From: Octopus sinensis
Lineage: Eukaryota
Assembly (NCBI RefSeq): GCF_006345805.1
Contig: NC_043012.1
Coordinates: 7,874,001 to 7,938,000 of the forward strand
Direction: 5' to 3'
DNA length: 64,000 nucleotides
The position numbers and the translations under genes are program-made. The notes under the pieces are model-generated. The model was not told the origin of the DNA and did no database searches. It worked only from the letters and a program-made list of their open reading frames with translations. This document shows, piece by piece, positions 1-64,000 of this stretch (position 1 is its first letter; each line of letters begins with the position of its first letter).

Positions 1-99
1 ATGTGACAAGGTACAAACTTAGATCTATCTATCGGCCGAGATAAGTATATTATATATATATATATTTATTTATATATATATATATGATATTGATAGCTA

Positions 100-427
100 G
101 TTTTGTAGAGAGAGGATTTAATCGATCAGTTTCGACATAGCTAAACATTCGAGCGAGAGTGGAAATCGATCTTAACCTAAAAGCGAGACCTACCCATACC
201 TATTTACACACACTGCTTCTCTTATCACCTCTATTACTCTCGTCTTTCATCTGGCATATGTAGTTTAGTTTTATTAGTTCGAATCACGACTCTAATCAGT
301 TTTTTTTCCCTTGACTCCCTGAGTGAGTGAAAAAGAGAAATCTAGTAAATTTTCGTTGTCGGTAACATCGTCCATTTTTAACCCTGAAGACTTCAAGTGG
401 ACACCAGAGCTGATCAGTGGTTCAAAA
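100..427 (+). promoter_or_regulatory. Putative promoter/5'UTR of the MEK gene
   Basis: Non-repetitive sequence directly upstream of the ATG, visibly richer in CpG than bulk intron; TSS cannot be placed. Confidence 0.45.
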
Positions 428-57481
<57,054 letters not shown>

Positions 57482-58017
57482 GTACGTTGTGTGGGAAGAA
57501 AAAAAAAAAAGAAAAGAAAAAGAAAAAGAACGAAAGAAAAAAAAAAACACCGGTTTTTCTTTATACTAACCCATATCATTTTTTCTTCATCGATACATCA
57601 TTCTTGCTATTTGACGCTCGTTACCACGGAGACCTCTATCTTTGGATGATTCCTTATCCTCAACCACTTCTCTTCTTCCCCCACACCCCTATCTGTTTGT
57701 TTCTGTCTGTCTGTCTGTCTGTCTATTTGTTCAAACAGGTATAAACATATGTGTTCATTTGTGTGTGTGTGTGTGCGCACACACACACACACACACACAC
57801 ACACGTTGGTGTGTATATGTATATATTTATACACTGCACATGGCTTGTGCAGATAGTGTTGCATGGTTAAGATGTTTGGTTCACAATAACACAGTTTCTG
57901 GTTCAATCCCATTGCACAGTATCTTGGCCAAGTGCTTTCTACTATGGTTCTACACTGACCAAAGCCTTGTGAATTGATTTGCTGGATGGAAATTGAAAGT
58001 AGTCTGTTTGTGTTTGT

Positions 58018-58066
<49 letters not shown>

Positions 58067-59585
58067 TGCTGCACTTGAACATTGTATACAATAAGTTCAT
58101 ATTTTTACACACACACACACACACACACAAAAAAAAAATTCATCTATGCAATTTCCTAGCAAGGTTCAGGTTAATCTGAACCTTTAGAGAATGACACTTG
58201 GCCAAGAAACTACACAAAGGAATTGAAACAGAGACCTTGTGGTTGGAAAGACAACTTGTTTTATCATCCAGTCGTGTTGCACCTGTACACATACACCCAT
58301 ATATTATTTATACATATGGTCCCTGTTGTTATAACAACACAACACCATATAAAGCAGTGGTTCTCAACCATTTTTCACCTATGTACCCCTATCATCCCTC
58401 TTTTACTTGGGCGGACCCCCATAGCCATTTGATGTTTAAAAAAGGATCCTAATATATTTTTATGATATTATTAGGAATCGTAAGGCAGTGAATTGGCAGA
58501 ATCATTATCGCGCCAGGTAAAATACTTAATGGCGTTTCGTCTGTCTTTACGTTCTGCGTTCAAATTCTGCCCAGGTCGACTTCACCTTTCATCCTTTTAG
58601 GGTCAACTCAGTTTTGCCAGATGAGTGGACTGGAGCAAGGCGAAACACAACACACCAGCAGGAATTGAACTCATGACCTTATGATTGGGAAATGAATAAA
58701 ACTAGGTACTTGGCTTTAAGAGTCCTGGGGATCAAGGAAAAAAAAAGGGGCGTAGGTGGGGAACAGTAGACATCCAGTGAAATAATATAGAAATAGTGAA
58801 TTATTATTATTATTATTATTATTATAGCTCAGTGAGCCAGCAAAATTGTTAGCACAGTGGACAAAATGCTTTGTAGTATTTCACCCATCACTACATTCTG
58901 AGTTCAAATTCTGCTGAGGATCTGCTTTGCCATTCATCCTTTCAAGGTCGAAAAATTAAGTACCAGTGAAACACTGGGGTTGATGTAATCGACTAGTCCC
59001 CTCCCCTCAAAATTTCAGGCCTTGTGCCTTTAATAGAAAGGATTATTAGGAAATGTATAAAAATTTAAATTATTTTGTGTATTGTAGGAGTATCACCAAT
59101 TTATAGCATATAAATTCTTACAAGAAAAATCTTATAAGGACCCTCAAGGGTCATGTGGATCCAGTTGAGAACAACTGACATGTAGCATGTTTCTTCCTCT
59201 CCGTTGCATGTTCTCACATACCATGAATTGTCACCCAGAATTGTTTGCTCTGCTCTGTTTTTCCTTCCTGTCACCCTGTCCGTTTTCTCAACCTCCTTTG
59301 CACTCACTTGTGACACTGATTCCTAGAACCACCAAATGCACCGTCTGTTGCATCACTAAGCATTATTCACCAACATTTAGTCACTACTTGACCAGTGGCG
59401 AAGAGTCTCTGTGCTAATGCTTGACCTGCTAGTAATCTTAATTGTATTTCCCTCTGAACACACACTACTGTCTTAAAAAGAAGTGAAGGACACATTAAAT
59501 GACATACATTATCTCTGCACAAAAGATGGGATGGTCATGTTTGGAATGCCTTTGATTATAAACCTGCACAGTTAGAACTAACATA

Positions 59586-59978
59586 GGCGTAGGAGTGGCT
59601 GTGTGGTAAGTAGCTTGCTTACGAACTACATGGTTCCGGGTTCAGTCCCACTGCGTGGCACCTTGGGTAGGTGTCTTCTACTATAGCCTCGGGCCGACCA
59701 AAGCCTTGTGAGTGGATTTGGTAGACGGAAACTGAAAGAAGCCTGTCGTATATATGTATGTATATGCGTGTGTGTGTTTGTGTGTCTGTGTTTGTCCCCC
59801 TAGCATTGCTTGACAACCGATGCTGGTGTGTTTACGTCCCCGTTACTTAGCGGTTCGGCAAAAGAGACTGATAGAATAAGTACTGGGCTTACAAAGACTA
59901 AGTCCCGGGGTCGATTTGCTCGACTAAAGGTGGTGCTCCAGCATGGCCGCAGCCAAATGACTGAAACAAGTAAGAGTA
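59586..59978 (+). mobile_element. SINE family A, full length
   Basis: A and B boxes and body as in the other copies. Confidence 0.85.
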
Positions 59979-60301
59979 ATTATATAAAGGTCTGAATGTC
60001 ACATAGCCCATAGTCTTGGTATATGATAGGGATTGTATAAAAACTACAACACCTGTTGTGTGCATGTCTACACACATGTATGTTTACACATGTATATATG
60101 CACAATATTGTGCGGAAGATCCTAGTGCTGAGTAACTGTCTCAGTACACATAATGGAGATTCACTTCTGCACGGGCAACACGGAACTACTCATCTTCCTC
60201 ACTCACTGAGTATACATTATGTGTGTGTGTATAGATGTATATGAACGCATGCACGCACACACACACACACACACACATATATATAGTTGCTATATACACA
60301 A

Positions 60302-60530
60302 GGCGGCAAGCTGGCAGAAACGTTAGCACGCCGAGCGAAATGCGTGGCCGTATTTCGTCTGCCGTTATGTTCTGAGTTCAAATTCCGCCGAGGTCGACTT
60401 TGCCTTTCATCCTTTCGGGTTCGATAAATTAAGTACCAGTTGTGCACTGGGGTCGATGTAATCGACTTAATCCCTTTGTCTGTCCTTGTGTGTCCTCTCT
60501 GTGTTTAGCCCGTTGTGGGTAGTAAAGAAA
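60302..60530 (+). mobile_element. SINE family B, near intact
   Basis: GGCGGCAAGCTGGCAGAAACG head, GAGTTCAAATTC B box, central domain, gtaaagaaata tail. Confidence 0.85.
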
Positions 60531-61134
60531 TATATATATATAGTTGCTATTGTGTTAAACTGCCATATGTCCAAATTGGGCCAAATGTGTGGGGTTTTTT
60601 TTTCCAAGGTTTAATTTTATTTGCTCGATCTTTTGGTCAAACTATCGTATCTCCAGCTGCTTCAGATGCCAAGGTATGAAAATTGTGAAAGTGTAGTACT
60701 ATGGGTTAGCGTTTTTCAAAAGTATAGTAAGCCCCACATTATGACAGTTTTGCAAAAATATTTCTGACTGAAAAATATACATGCATGGAATTACGATTTT
60801 ATGCACCCAATACCTTATTAGTGTTAAGATGTGTTGCTTAATGTAAAAAGAAATGGAATGGTAAAACTATTTTTTCGTTTTCTGAAAAAGCTACGGTTTG
60901 GACTAAAGACACTTTTGTGTAATAGCAGTGGTGTGTGTGTGTGTGTGTGTGTGTATCAACATTTAATGTCCATTTTCCATGCTGGCAAGGCCAGGAGCTG
61001 CATCAGGTTCCATTGTCTGTTTAGGAAGGGCATCCAGTTGTAGAAACAGTTGGATGCCCCTCCTAATGCCAACCACAGGGTGCATTTTACATGGCACCAT
61101 CATCAGCACTTTTTACATGGCACCAAGTATCAAT

Positions 61135-61202
<68 letters not shown>

Positions 61203-61218
61203 CACACATACACACACA

Positions 61219-61433
61219 AAGGGGGTGTCGAAAAGTCCTTGGCTTTAAGGATATTGTGAAAAGCCTGGTTGGAGGCCTAACCTTCCGAGTTCTTTTACAG
61301 GGCTTAGAAAAACTGAAGGACTGCTGCAATAAGTGTGTGAATCTGAGAGCGGGATATATTGAATCAAATCATAATTAACTGATCCTCCTGTATTTTCTTG
61401 TACCCAAACTCAGGAGCTTCTCAGCTAGCCCTA
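61219..61433 (+). mobile_element. Internally deleted mariner-type element
   Basis: Degenerate TIRs (gaaaagtccttgg / tcaggagcttctcag); translation LQGLEKLKDCCNKCVNLRAGYIES resembles the mariner C-terminus. Confidence 0.6.
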
Positions 61434-62203
61434 TATATAGGTAGCACGTAAGAAAATCAACCTTGAATGTTGGGCCTCACGGAAGCATAGTGGCTGAGTT
61501 CCTTTCAGGTGTTGGGCCTCATAGAGGCATAGTGGCTGAGTTTCTTTTGAGCGTTAGGTCTTATTGAGGCAAGTGTTTGAATTCTTTTCGAGCATTGGGC
61601 CTCATGGAGGCAAGTGGTTAAGTTCCTTTTGAGTGTTGGGCCTCACAGAGGCAAAGTGGCCGAGTTCCTTTTGCATGTTGGGCCTCATGGAGGCAATGGC
61701 CAAAACCTTTGGCATTATGTTGTGCTTGAGAAGACCCATCAAGCCAAGCAAAATCGCAGTTGTGGCAAATACCGGTGTCATGCAAATGGCACATAAAAAC
61801 ACCCATTACACTCTGGGAGTGGTTGGCATTAAGAAGGGCATCCAGCTGTTGGAAACCATGCGAAATCAGAATGGAGCCTGGTGCAGCCTTCCAACATGCC
61901 AGCCCAGTCAAACCCTCCATGCCAGCATGGACAACGGACATTAAACGAAGATGATATATATATATATGTGTGTGTGTGTGTATACATACACATATGTATA
62001 TATGCACACACATACACACACACACATATACATACCCTTGCTCTAGTTGGTATGTAAACATTGTAAAAACTGCCTCTTCTCTAAAATTCTCTTCTCTATA
62101 AAATTCTTTACTTAGTTTTGTCTACTATGGGCACAGTGTCTATATTAGACTTTCTTATGGATTAGATGTACAGAGTGGCTGTATGTGTGTGTGTATGTAT
62201 ATG

Positions 62204-62249
<46 letters not shown>

Positions 62250-62684
62250 GATGACTGTATTGTGTAAAAAAAATCTTGAACCTATGTATTTTGAGAGAAA
62301 GACTGTATATAAAAACTTCAGGAGTATCTTAAAATTTTTTGATATATTATGATCTGAATATATTATATATTCTGATTATATTTAATTAATATATTATATT
62401 GAATAATATGTTATTTGTTCAACATTTTGAAACTAAGTTCTTTAGATGAATAGTTAATTATGATCACATAATATTTTGCACTAATTAGTTACTGTTAATT
62501 ATGAGTATAATTCCTTGGATTAATTAACCTTGTTAATAGGGATGAACCAATTTCATTTTTAATATTTACAGCTATGCTTCATTGTAATTGTTTTGATTCC
62601 CAGGCATCATCAAGTATTTTATTCCCTAATATCTCTGTTATACTGGATTAGATTAAAACTAGTCTCCATTAGTTTTATACTAAA

Positions 62685-63099
62685 CTAGCAGTATCGCCCG
62701 GCATTGCTCGGGTTTGTAAGGGAAATAACTATATAAGCATTTTTAGAGATGTAAAGTATAATAGCCATCTCAATGTGGCTAACCACAAAGGGTTAGATCA
62801 GGAGATGAGCAGAAAGTCTCCGTATCTACTTTTTACGTTCTGAGATTTAATAATAAATTTTTAGAGAGTTACTTCCCTTATATATGCCAAAAATGCATTA
62901 AAATGGAAAAAAATGATGGTAATTTTTTTTTAAATTGTAGACTCATCATAGACGCGCGCTAATACCCAGAAGGGCTCGATATGAATCACGACTATAAAAT
63001 ACCCGGTTTTGGTTAAACTGCACCACAAAATGTGGGAGTAGTTAGGAATCTAAATTGTAGGAAACAGACAGCACACAACCTCTCTTTTATATATAAAGA
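62685..63099 (-). mobile_element. Non-autonomous Helitron
   Basis: Minus strand A|TCTTTATATATAAAAG... cccgagcaatgccggg gap CTAG|T; 3' ~65 bp shared with 30497-30878. Confidence 0.8.
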
Positions 63100-63715
63100 T
63101 ACAGTAACTTTCTTATCCACTAGACTACTTAGTTTTCAGCTTGAATCTGATTCAGTACTTCATCATTATCATTTAACATCCATTTTCCATGCTGGCATGA
63201 GTTGGATGGTTTGATAAAATAAAGGTAACATTATCTTCTTCAGTCTTGCTTTAATTGCTAGTTTCCTGGTTTCCATGGCATACAAATTTGCCAGCTGGAT
63301 GGGACGCTGGTATGTTGCAGAATTACTCATTTTTGCCAACTGAGTGGACTGGAGCAACATGAAATGAAGTACTTTGCTCAAGAACACGACTTGTCCTGGA
63401 ATTGAAACCACAGTCTTACAATCATGAGTCCAACACCCTAACCACTTATCCATGAGCCACCTCTTGACAAGAGCTGGTAAGCCAGAGAGCTGCACCAGGC
63501 TCCAATTGTCTGTTTTGGCTTAGCTTCTACAGCTGGTTGCCCTTATTAATGCCAACCACTTTACAGATTATACTGAGAGCTTTTAACATGGTGCCAGCGT
63601 GGGTGCTGTTTATGTGGTGCCTGGAACAAGAACGGCTGATGATGATGTGATTGTAATGTTAGATCCCTTTTTGTTTTTTTACCAGCCTGTCTGAGACCAC
63701 TCTTGGTCCTACTAT

Positions 63716-64000
63716 ATCATCATCATCATCGTTTAGCATCCGCTTTCCATGCTAGCATGGGTTGGATGGTTCAACTGGGGTCTGGGAAGCCAGAAGGCTG
63801 CACCAGGCCCAGTTTGATCTGGCAATGTTTCTACGGCTGGATGCCCTTCCTAACACCAACCACTCCGTGAGTGTAGTGGGTGCTTTTTACGTGCCAGATG
63901 AGTCTGGCAAACGGCCACGATCGGATGGTGCTTTTATGTGCCACCGGCACAGGGGCCAGGCGAGGCTGGCAACGGCCACGAACGGATGGTGCTTTTTACG
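63716..64000 (-). mobile_element. SINE family C, cut by the window edge
   Basis: (CAT)n then the family C core and internal units. Confidence 0.8.

Noticed and set aside
323-427. 35-codon in-frame open stretch upstream of the MEK ATG with near-cognate GTG/TTG/CTG starts
   Set aside because: This length is not unusual by chance, the ATG has good context and no homology was recognised; it would need ribosome profiling.
57482-64000. MEK exons 9-11
   Set aside because: No AG followed by a PPP.LP...F..F-type coding sequence was found by eye; presumed to lie beyond the window.

Overview
AT-rich, microsatellite- and SINE-dense animal genomic DNA, not prokaryotic. The repeat landscape suggests an octopus or other coleoid cephalopod (inference). 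The window holds the 5' part of one + strand protein-coding gene, the MEK1/2 (MAP2K1/2, Dsor1) orthologue. Exon 1 (428-495, ERK-docking D-domain) is followed by a ~40 kb intron and exons 2-7, whose phases match human MAP2K1 (exons 3-6 also match in length). Exon 8 is present as two paralogous copies (55381-55466 and 57387-57481) with the phase signature of mutually exclusive splicing. Exon 9 onward was not found, so the gene runs past the window. The introns hold several SINE families, TTAA-flanked piggyBac-type MITEs, non-autonomous Helitrons, Tc1/mariner and Tigger relics, and (AT)n-embedded fold-back elements with minimal hammerhead-like motifs. The most notable observations are: (1) a repeat copy at ~30.2 kb with dense, strand-specific A>G changes relative to two sister copies, which looks like an ADAR-hyperedited RNA fixed in the genome; (2) the duplicated MEK exon 8, with a donor-enclosing hairpin and two frame-compatible micro-exon candidates; (3) conserved kinase positions one A>G away from consensus, which are candidate recoding sites. 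Almost all ORF-track entries are repeat artefacts. All alignments were done by eye, and repeat boundaries are approximate.
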